Below are positions 48,903 through 56,471 of a stretch of DNA of 64,000 nt, one piece after another. The number at the start of each line of letters is the position of its first letter. Position 1 is the stretch's first letter. Under the pieces are notes generated by a model. The model was not told the origin of the DNA. It searched no databases and saw only the letters and a list, made by a program, of their open reading frames with translations. Made by a program: the position numbers and the translations under genes. The stretch covers positions 2,625-66,624 of the forward strand of contig CAYXEN010000005.1 of NCBI GenBank assembly GCA_964464035.1, read 5' to 3'. Origin of the DNA: an uncultured bacterium (GTDB taxonomy: Bacteria; Krumholzibacteriota; Krumholzibacteriia; WVZY01).

Positions 48903-49812
48903 ATCTATGGCTGTCACCGAGATCGTTGCTTATCAGCATGATCGCATAATCCACCTGGATGTTTCCCAGCGCGAAGCCGGCCCCAAACGTGGCTCCATAT
49001 GAATCATAGCCCGACTTGTACCCCGCCCTCAGGTAGAGGCGGCGGGAATAACTGTACTCGAACCCCAGGTGCTCCTTGAGTTCCCCGTCGTTGGGAAAGA
49101 GCAGATCGAGGGTAAGAAGAACGTCGCCGCGGGCCGAGGGGACCTCTCTCTGGTAGCTTCCTCCCACTTTTATCACGCGGGGCAGGGCGAATTTCTCGGA
49201 AACGAACTTCATGGGGGCTCCAAGATTGGCTATGACCGCCGCCATCTTCAAGCCGGGGATCCTGCTCACGTGATACAGGCCGACGTCGAACGCCATCCCC
49301 CGGGCCGAAGTATCGTCGATCCTCTCGTATATCGGCTTGAGGGCGACTCCCGCCGCCAGGTTGGGAAGCACGTACCGGGAGAAGGCGACGGTGACCGTGA
49401 CGTCGTAGACGGGGAACGTACCGAGAGAAGACGATGTTGGAACATTTTCGTACCTGTCCAGCTCATCCGTGTAGAATCCCGTGAACGCAAAACCCAGGGT
49501 TCCGAAATCGGTCTCGTGGGTGAGGGCCGCTTGTTCGAGGCGCGTGGACATGAAATACTCGTTGTGCATGAGTATTCCATTCGTGCCGAGAACCGCGGCC
49601 ATGGCGCCGGGGTTCCAGAAAACGCTGGAAGCGTCTTCCCCCACCGCAATGAAAGCTTCGCCCATGCCGGACGCTCTCGCACCGACCCCGGCCCTCAACA
49701 CAAGGGCGCCGGCGTCGCCGGGACTGCCGGCTCGGGCTTCGCCGAAGAGAAGCACACCAAGAATGCAGAGAACCATTATCCTCGACGCTTTTACCGCGTG
49801 CATTTTTCTCAC
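48880..49812 (-). CDS. FadL/PorV/PorQ-like outer-membrane beta-barrel protein (UPF0164-type N-terminal motif)
   Basis: Signal peptide. Motif GVGARASGMGEAFIAVGEDASSVFWNPGAMA is the same N-terminal signature as gene 2997..3845. Ends …SHRFSLAFGL. Confidence 0.5.
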   Translation of the reverse strand: MRKMHAVKASRIMVLCILGVLLFGEARAGSPGDAGALVLRAGVGARASGMGEAFIAVGEDASSVFWNPGAMAAVLGTNGILMHNEYFMSTRLEQAALTHETDFGTLGFAFTGFYTDELDRYENVPTSSSLGTFPVYDVTVTVAFSRYVLPNLAAGVALKPIYERIDDTSARGMAFDVGLYHVSRIPGLKMAAVIANLGAPMKFVSEKFALPRVIKVGGSYQREVPSARGDVLLTLDLLFPNDGELKEHLGFEYSYSRRLYLRAGYKSGYDSYGATFGAGFALGNIQVDYAIMLISNDLGDSHRFSLAFGL

Positions 49813-49816
49813 CTTC

Positions 49817-52800
49817 TCACCTGCTTACAGCAATCGTCTTTACCATCACGTCGGATTGATTCGAGCCCCTCACGTGCAACCTCAAGAAATATACGCCACT
49901 GCTCAAGCCTCCGATATCGAATCTCTCATCGAAGATGTATCCCGCCGTTCCGCCCGGGTTCTCCCCCCTGAACGTTTTCGACAAGGCCAATTCTCCTTCC
50001 ATATTATAGATCTCCACCGTGACGTCCGCCATGCCGTTGAGCACCAGCCGGGCGTGGACCTCCGACGATCTTACCGGGTTGGGATAGACGAGAAAAGAGC
50101 CTTTTTCGGCCAGCCCCTCTCTTTGCCGTTTCGGGAACACCGATTGCGTCCTGCCCCAGCGGAGGTTCCCGTTTCGATATGAGCCCCAGAAAACCACGTC
50201 ACCGCTTCGGGACGACGGCAGGTTCTGGATCGACAGGATGGATGTGTTTCGAATCATCATCGAATCCGTCACCGCATCCTGGTACTCGAAGATCTCGGAA
50301 CTCCCGGACATGACCAGTGACAGATCCCCGCTCCCGTCAAGATCGCAAAGCGTCGGGGTCACGTACATCCCTCCCGGCCCCTGCCTTGGAAACGTCGGCG
50401 GCGAAGCGCCTTGCGCGTCGAATGCGTGGAGCGAACCATCTTCTCCCCTGTAGACGACCTCTATCCCGCCGTCTCCGTCTATGTCCGCTATGACGGGAGC
50501 GGGAGGGGCGAACTTCATCATTCCCGCGGGACCGGGCGGCGCATCGATCGGTCGAATCCGCCTGGGCCAGTCCAGGAGATCCTTGCCGTCGAACGTGAGA
50601 AGATAGAAATAATCGGAATCGACGAGGGCGATCTCCATGACCCCGTCGGCGTTCACGTCGCCGAGGGCGGGGGGGGAAGGGTTGTTTCCTCTCAGGTCCA
50701 CGACGGAGAGTTTCCGATAGCGTAATTCCGGACGGGCGCTGCTGTCGTAGATCAACAGCCTTCCATCGGGAAGGGTGGTCACCACTTCGTCTATGCCGTC
50801 GGCGTCGACATCCCCGACGGCGGGCGCGGCGAGCACGAGCGTGCTGTCGGCGTGGAAAGAAGGCGACATGGGTACTTCCACCGACCAATCGGCGGTTGCT
50901 TGGGCCTCGTCGAGCACCGTCCGGGGCGTCCCCGCCGCACCCGGCGCCGAGAAGATCGCATTGTCCTTGACCGGAACATAGGAGAGCCCGAAAACGGAAC
51001 GGATCGTATCCGCCCAGGCGATCACCACGCCGTCAGTGGGGAAAGAAGGATCATCGCAGATGCCGTACGCAGGAGCCGAGCATATTTGACCGTGGATGAC
51101 GGCCGGCCAGTAGGATGCATATCTTTGGTCGGGAGGCTTCACCGCGAACCCCCCGGCGTCGATGAGCGAAACGCGGAGGCTGTCCGATGTATGCTCGACC
51201 AGTACCACCTCCATGATCCCGTCACCGTGAATGTCCACGAGCATGGGGGCGGCGGCTATGGGAAGCCCCGCGTGAAGGACTCCTTCGGTGAGAGGGTCGC
51301 CGTCTCCGTCGGTCACTTCGGTCGAGTCACCGTGCCATGCATAGAGACGGCCGCTTCTCGAAGCCGCCACTATCTCGTCGCCCTGCGCACCGTCCATATC
51401 ACCTGCAGCCGCTGCACCCACCCACTCGGCTCCGGGAGCCGTGAAGTAAGGTGAGATCGTGCGAGGATCCCCGTCCCGGTCGACGTACTCGGTGCCGTCC
51501 GAATTGAAAGCATAGACCCGCCCCCCGGCGGCCATGACCAGGAGTTCGCTTCTACCGTCGCCGTCGAGATCGACGGCAGTGGGAGGCTGGCGGGGCGTGG
51601 AATCGTTCCAAGTCGTGCTGGAAGAGACATACGGGTTGGCGAAGTCTACGTCCAGGGTCATGAAGCTGTCCGGCTTCGAGATCCCTGATAACACTATTCC
51701 GGTGGGAACTCCTCCGTTCGAGTCGGAGGAGGGTTTCGTGTCCGGCCCGAAGCTATCGTTGTGCCCCTTCCTGAAACTGTCATAGTAGCTCCCCTGCGAG
51801 AAGAAACCTAGGCCGTCCAGATCCTGGATGCCGTCCGCCTCTTCGAGGTCGACGCCCTTGCGTTCGGCGAAGTCGTTGGGCAGATGACCGCTGGTAAGGT
51901 TGGCCAATATCACGCCTTCATCGATGTGCCATACATAGATCCCGGAACCGGTATCGACGTAGCGCCTCAGGATACCGCCGGCGTCGGGATCGGGGCGAAC
52001 CTCGTATGGATTGGTGAGATCGGTGAGGAAGAAGTCGAATTCCGCCCCGAGCAGCGAATCGGCGTTGCCGGGAACCACGAGGTCGGAATCGAGGTTCACG
52101 AAAGTGAACAGGCTGTCGAAGTTCGTATCGTGCACGCGGTTCACGACGAGAAAGTACTCGCGCTCGTTGATCGGTATCTTCAAGCAGGCCGTATCTCCCG
52201 GCGACGGCGTATTGATGTCGTGCAAACGAAACCGCCCGGGCCGATCCACCGTCAGGGGGTCGACCCATCCCGCCAGGACGCGGTTGAACGCGCTGGGGAA
52301 GGCGGGAATGAACCCCAGAGCCGTGTACAATCCCCAGGACATCAAGTCGTAGTTTCCCGCCCCCATCGAGTCGAAACCGAGTTCGGGCGTGCCGTCGAAC
52401 AGAGGAAGAAGTCCTATCCGGCTCCCTATCTCGAAGGCCCATATCCCGAGCGAACCGAGCGAGGTGATGTCCTGCCCCGCATTGGCCGGCGCGATTGCGA
52501 AGTTGTCCACGTAGAAGGGCTTGCCCTGAAGCGAATCATCGGTGGCCAACCCGGCGATCGAACTGTCGGGGAAAGCGTTCCTGATATCGGCCAGGTCGAA
52601 GAAACTCGACCACAGCTGTTCGCGCGAGTCGTCGAAGGAATCCGTCTCCTGCCCGGCCCCTGCGTGGATTATGAAAAGGGTATGGTAGCGACTTAGGTCC
52701 CAGGATGCATCGACGCTGTCGATCACGGTACGGGCCAGCTCCACGACCCTCGTCTCCTCCTCGGGATCATAACCGTAGTAGCCCATCTTCTCGGGCATGG

Positions 52801-53191
52801 TGTAGACGTGCCCGATGAGATCCCACGTCAGCGTGAATCTTCCCCGCGAGGCCCCTATGAAGTAATCGCGCAGGTGTTTGAGCTCGTTGGCGAAGAAGAG
52901 CGAATCCCGCTTCTCCGGCCTGAGGCTGCCCGGTCGACCTCCCATCAAGCTGTCCGCGAATTGAACCTGGACCACCAGGAGACGCAAGGTGTCCGGCATG
53001 GAGACGAAGCCGCTCATGAGGTCTTCCAGCCGGCGCTCCTGGAAGATATTCAGCCTCGGCGGCGCGTTTTTCGGCACCGCGTATGCGGCCGCTTTGCCGG
53101 TCTTGCCGTAATGGGGAACTCTGCTTTTCGCGCTTGTGGTTGCGGGGAGCAGAGCGAGGGCGATGAGACAGTAAAAAAAGAACTTTTTCAT
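49817..53191 (-). CDS. Large secreted FG-GAP repeat protein with N-terminal M6(InhA)-like domain carrying a degenerate HExxH, and T9SS C-terminal sorting domain
   Basis: Track start is TTG 53197. ATG 53191 (MKKFFFYCLIALALLPATTSA) is preferred. N-terminal region …LRLLVVQVQFAD… and …GIWAFEIGSRIGLLPLFD… aligns to the M6 zinc site h-H-E-x-x-H-x-x-G-L-P-D, but both His are replaced (A, S). At least seven FG-GAP/VCBS repeats (DLDGDGRSELLV, DIHGDGIMEVVLV, DVDADGIDEVVT, DVNADGVMEIALV, DIDGDGGIEVVY, DLDGSGDLSLV…). C-terminus …GVYFLRLHVRGSNQSDVMVKTIAVSR. Confidence 0.7.
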   Translation of the reverse strand: MKKFFFYCLIALALLPATTSAKSRVPHYGKTGKAAAYAVPKNAPPRLNIFQERRLEDLMSGFVSMPDTLRLLVVQVQFADSLMGGRPGSLRPEKRDSLFFANELKHLRDYFIGASRGRFTLTWDLIGHVYTMPEKMGYYGYDPEEETRVVELARTVIDSVDASWDLSRYHTLFIIHAGAGQETDSFDDSREQLWSSFFDLADIRNAFPDSSIAGLATDDSLQGKPFYVDNFAIAPANAGQDITSLGSLGIWAFEIGSRIGLLPLFDGTPELGFDSMGAGNYDLMSWGLYTALGFIPAFPSAFNRVLAGWVDPLTVDRPGRFRLHDINTPSPGDTACLKIPINEREYFLVVNRVHDTNFDSLFTFVNLDSDLVVPGNADSLLGAEFDFFLTDLTNPYEVRPDPDAGGILRRYVDTGSGIYVWHIDEGVILANLTSGHLPNDFAERKGVDLEEADGIQDLDGLGFFSQGSYYDSFRKGHNDSFGPDTKPSSDSNGGVPTGIVLSGISKPDSFMTLDVDFANPYVSSSTTWNDSTPRQPPTAVDLDGDGRSELLVMAAGGRVYAFNSDGTEYVDRDGDPRTISPYFTAPGAEWVGAAAAGDMDGAQGDEIVAASRSGRLYAWHGDSTEVTDGDGDPLTEGVLHAGLPIAAAPMLVDIHGDGIMEVVLVEHTSDSLRVSLIDAGGFAVKPPDQRYASYWPAVIHGQICSAPAYGICDDPSFPTDGVVIAWADTIRSVFGLSYVPVKDNAIFSAPGAAGTPRTVLDEAQATADWSVEVPMSPSFHADSTLVLAAPAVGDVDADGIDEVVTTLPDGRLLIYDSSARPELRYRKLSVVDLRGNNPSPPALGDVNADGVMEIALVDSDYFYLLTFDGKDLLDWPRRIRPIDAPPGPAGMMKFAPPAPVIADIDGDGGIEVVYRGEDGSLHAFDAQGASPPTFPRQGPGGMYVTPTLCDLDGSGDLSLVMSGSSEIFEYQDAVTDSMMIRNTSILSIQNLPSSRSGDVVFWGSYRNGNLRWGRTQSVFPKRQREGLAEKGSFLVYPNPVRSSEVHARLVLNGMADVTVEIYNMEGELALSKTFRGENPGGTAGYIFDERFDIGGLSSGVYFLRLHVRGSNQSDVMVKTIAVSR

Positions 53192-53434
53192 TTGCAAGTG
53201 TAGCGAAAAGACACGTTGACGATTGAAACGAATTTAACCGACAGCATCACGTCGGTCAATAGTAAAGGGGAGCTTGCTTCGGTAAACCCCGCCCCTGATC
53301 GAAGTCTACCTCTGTCAAACTCCCCTTCTGGTCGGCTCACTCAACCAGCCTGCTTCGCAACGCTTTTCCTGCGTTGTCTCTCTACCAGCCAACCATTCCT
53401 CTCAAGCAACGATGGGGGTAAACCCTCGGCCGGC

Positions 53435-54535
53435 TCAATGTCTCTTCGACCTCTTGCCGGCATGACCTTTCCCGGAGAATACTTTCCTTGCGGAAACCTT
53501 TCTCGCAATGGAGCTCTTGCCGAGACTCTCTCTCGTTCCATGTATCTTCATCGCTCCATGTTTCGACCGGCGCACGGCGTTCCTGCTTTTCATATTCTCG
53601 GCCGCGTTGAAACGGTCGCGAAGGGCGATTTTTTTCTCGATCCCCGGTCGCGCACGGCGCGTGACAAGCCGGTCGCGCATGGCTTGCGGCTTCATCACTG
53701 AATGCCGCTCGTTGATTCTTCGGGAGACCTTCCTCTTGCCGCCGTGTCCACGCAAAGCCACGCGCTTTCTCATTTCGCCTCCGGCCCTCACTATGCGGGC
53801 GCTCTTGCGTTTCGCAGCCGGCAACCTGTACGTGGGCTTGAGGACGCGGTACGGATTGTTGTGATGCTCGCGATACGCCCTGTAGACGACGTTGAATTCA
53901 TAATCGTAAGGATCGACTTCATAGCCGTAGCCGAAGTAGAGGTACCTCGGGTACGGCACCCATTCACGAACATAGAAATGTGAAACACTCACACTCACCA
54001 GTTCGAGGGAGATCCTCGGGGGCAGCAGCGAGACATAGAAGCGCTTGCATGCTATGAAAGGATCCCCGTAGATCCTGAAACCGGCCGTGCCGGCGAAGAT
54101 CTCCAGCCCGTATGATGAATAGACGAAGGGCACCGGGCTGGCCACGGCGAATATGTACGCGATTCCCCGCTGGCCCGGTGAATGGAAAATATCATAGGCA
54201 TCGGGCTCGAACCTGTAGACGATGCCGCCTCGCACGAAGGCTTCCGCATCGGGGCCGAACGGAAAGACCACGTGGATGAAGCCGTCGGTATCGACGACGT
54301 ACACTGTCGCGTAGCAGTCTCCGGCCGCTCGGAGGTAGAACACGACGCCGTCTTCGGATGGATAGACGTCACCGTCGTCGTCAAGCCAGACCCTGATGTC
54401 GGTGGCATGCCTGTATCCATAACCGTCCCGCTCGCAAGCCGCGGAATCGACCGCTCCCGCCGGTGACAGGAAGGCAAGGAACACCGCCGCCGCCATAAGC
54501 GCGTTCGTTATTCTTCTAATCGCGGGAGTACTCAT
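53435..54535 (-). CDS. Secreted DUF4384-like protein with ~130-aa strongly basic (K/R-rich) C-terminal tail
   Basis: Signal peptide MSTPAIRRITNALMAAAVFLAFLSPAGA. Region …RVWLDDDGDVYPSEDGVVFYLRAAGDCYATVYVVDTDGFIHVVFPF… resembles DUF4384. The last third is about 35% K+R. Confidence 0.5.
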   Translation of the reverse strand: MSTPAIRRITNALMAAAVFLAFLSPAGAVDSAACERDGYGYRHATDIRVWLDDDGDVYPSEDGVVFYLRAAGDCYATVYVVDTDGFIHVVFPFGPDAEAFVRGGIVYRFEPDAYDIFHSPGQRGIAYIFAVASPVPFVYSSYGLEIFAGTAGFRIYGDPFIACKRFYVSLLPPRISLELVSVSVSHFYVREWVPYPRYLYFGYGYEVDPYDYEFNVVYRAYREHHNNPYRVLKPTYRLPAAKRKSARIVRAGGEMRKRVALRGHGGKRKVSRRINERHSVMKPQAMRDRLVTRRARPGIEKKIALRDRFNAAENMKSRNAVRRSKHGAMKIHGTRESLGKSSIARKVSARKVFSGKGHAGKRSKRH

Positions 54536-54536
54536 A

Positions 54537-55418
54537 TCACTTGCCTCCTCCAGGGGTGGGATTCCCGCCGCTCGCGATGAGCTCGGGATTGTCGGGATCC
54601 ACCTGGTACGCCCAATCCAGGGTCACGTGATCCGGAGTGACCTCGGCGACGTATATCTTTGCGTAATTGAAACTGCCCTTGGTATCGAGAACCCTCACTA
54701 TGTAACTGTGGCCGGGAATCACCGCCACTCTCTTCAACGGGGCCCATCCGTTCAAAGGCGCCCAGTCGACTTCATCGAGTGTCTCGACGTAGCCGAAATC
54801 CTGGATGTCCACTCCGGTGCCCGCGGCGAAAAGCGTGTACTCTCCGTTGGGCGTTCCGAAGTAGATATCGGTCGTGGAGGAATTCCAAGCCTGAGCGGCT
54901 CCGGTAAGTGAGGAGAAATCGTAGCCGCTCAGGCTGCTGTTTTGCCCCAGGTAGTCGTAGAGAACCAGATTCATGCCTTCCGGTCTCGGGGTATCGAAGA
55001 CGTCCTCGTAGCTGAGCTCGCTCTCGAAGCCTTCGGTATCGTAGGCCAGAACGGCATAGTATTTCGTGACACCATTGGTCACGTTGTAGTCGTCGTACCA
55101 ATTCCTTTCGGGGGGAACATCGGCGAGAAACTGGTATAGATTGCCGCCGTCGTTGTTGAAGTAAACGGCATAACCGGCCAGATCGGGCTCGCGGTTCGGG
55201 TTCCAATATATGCTGACGACTCCGTCCCCCGTCACGCTATAGACACCGTCGGGTGGCGTAGGGGGGAAATTGTCCACCACCACGACGGTGTCATAGACCG
55301 TGTTGTCCTCGCAATTGTTGCAACACCCTCCGAGAATGAAAACCAGCAGGGTTACGGCCCCGAAGCCGATCATGATCTTGGCCGTGTTTCCGATCCGTAT
55401 GCCGCGTTCACTTTTCAT
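54537..55418 (-). CDS. Lipoprotein with FN3/Ig-like beta domains (hypothetical); candidate sigma-54-dependent gene
   Basis: ORF 54537..55529. Start at ATG 55418 (MKSERGIRIGNTAKIMIGFGAVTLLVFILGGCC, lipobox) preceded by GGAGAGGA. An alternative start is the Met 15 codons downstream. Its stop lies 2 nt from the next gene's start. Confidence 0.5.
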   Translation of the reverse strand: MKSERGIRIGNTAKIMIGFGAVTLLVFILGGCCNNCEDNTVYDTVVVVDNFPPTPPDGVYSVTGDGVVSIYWNPNREPDLAGYAVYFNNDGGNLYQFLADVPPERNWYDDYNVTNGVTKYYAVLAYDTEGFESELSYEDVFDTPRPEGMNLVLYDYLGQNSSLSGYDFSSLTGAAQAWNSSTTDIYFGTPNGEYTLFAAGTGVDIQDFGYVETLDEVDWAPLNGWAPLKRVAVIPGHSYIVRVLDTKGSFNYAKIYVAEVTPDHVTLDWAYQVDPDNPELIASGGNPTPGGGK

Positions 55419-55433
55419 CTCGTCCTCTCCTAC

Positions 55434-55449
55434 CGCAAGCCGTGTGCCA
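55434..55449 (-). promoter_or_regulatory. Candidate sigma-54 (-24/-12) promoter TGGCAC-ACGGC-TTGCG
   Basis: The minus strand reads TGGCACACGGCTTGCG, a full match to TGGCAC-N5-TTGC. The TTGC lies 16 nt upstream of ATG 55418. Two sigma-54 activator genes lie within 6 kb. Caveat: at that start the spacing leaves a very short leader. Confidence 0.4.
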
Positions 55450-55589
55450 TGAGGCAAAAGAGAGGGGCGAGAGACCCGGAGGCGGATATAACTATTTGCA
55501 TACATACGAGTTGGGCGATTCGACACCATGATGGACTAAGCGGGGCGATCGGCGGGACGGCATGGTAATTCGTTTTCTTCTATCGACAA

Positions 55590-56471
55590 GTGTCCTCGAT
55601 AGAGGACATTGAAAGAAGTCATTCGCTGGGGGAATCGCCTCTGAACAGCCCGATTCCGGGAGGGCGGGATATCAAGGCCCAGAGGGCATTGCGGAGCCAA
55701 AATGCCTTTTTGTGCCCAAAAAGAAGAGGGACTTGTGATTTGAGCAACGGAGGGGATGTCCAGTTTTGCTCATTTCCTTGGATCTCGCCATTCCAGAGGT
55801 TCACAAGCGCCCTCTTCGCCCTTGATTCTACACAAAACCATGATCAATGGCAAGACAAAAATCAGATTATCGAAGGGTTCATAAAAAAAGCTGACATCCA
55901 ACCTCTCATCCAGTCAATATTCGAGACCCCACCTCTCGAAATCAACTTACTCCTAAAAGCCAGCACAGGCTTTGAGAGGATACTATGGATGTCAGCTTTC
56001 GGGCGACTCTATGAGTCGCAATCACTTCATGGAGAAAATCGGTTTCCTCTTCCCGGGTTCTCGTTCCTTTTTCAATCACCAGTCAGCGGGCACCTTTTTC
56101 TCCGCTTCGAAACCAGGATCCAAGCTCTCAGGGGGTGCCGCGCACCCCCCAGAACTTTCTCCCCCACAGACGGAAGTATTACGCACGGGATTACTTCCAG
56201 ACATATCCTAAGGCAAGAGGCGTGCCACAGGAGTCTTGGAGCCACACAAAAACGGCGCTGTAACTTATTATATAATAATTGTTTGTACGGTCGACTCGCG
56301 ACGTCGTCCGGGGCTGGTCCAGGAGTTGGAGTCCAATGTAAAAGAATCTTGTCTCGCCGGGGGGATATAGGATTAACTCTTATGCTTGCAGCACGTTACA
56401 CAATCAAATGTTTTTATAAAAAGGTTTTCCAGGAAGGCCTACTGGAGACGGTAGGTCTTGATCTTGGATAG
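55590..56471 (+). CDS. Questionable 293-aa ORF in a low-GC (about 48%) island; atypical codon usage, GTG start, no SD
   Basis: The only long open frame in a 0.9-kb region that otherwise lacks genes. Third-codon positions are not GC-biased like neighbouring genes. Its 3' end overlaps the sigma-54 activator gene by 32 nt. It may be a decayed or foreign gene, or non-coding. Confidence 0.2.
   Translation: MSSIEDIERSHSLGESPLNSPIPGGRDIKAQRALRSQNAFLCPKRRGTCDLSNGGDVQFCSFPWISPFQRFTSALFALDSTQNHDQWQDKNQIIEGFIKKADIQPLIQSIFETPPLEINLLLKASTGFERILWMSAFGRLYESQSLHGENRFPLPGFSFLFQSPVSGHLFLRFETRIQALRGCRAPPRTFSPTDGSITHGITSRHILRQEACHRSLGATQKRRCNLLYNNCLYGRLATSSGAGPGVGVQCKRILSRRGDIGLTLMLAARYTIKCFYKKVFQEGLLETVGLDLG

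Noticed and set aside
55530-56438. Search for tmRNA, RNase P RNA, SRP RNA or tRNA in the low-GC island
   Set aside because: None of the conserved strings is present on either strand (…CTCCACCA 3' end / GGTTCGAATCC T-loop, GGAAAGTCCGGGC P4, GGAAGGAAGCAGC SRP). A structured RNA cannot be excluded without covariance models.
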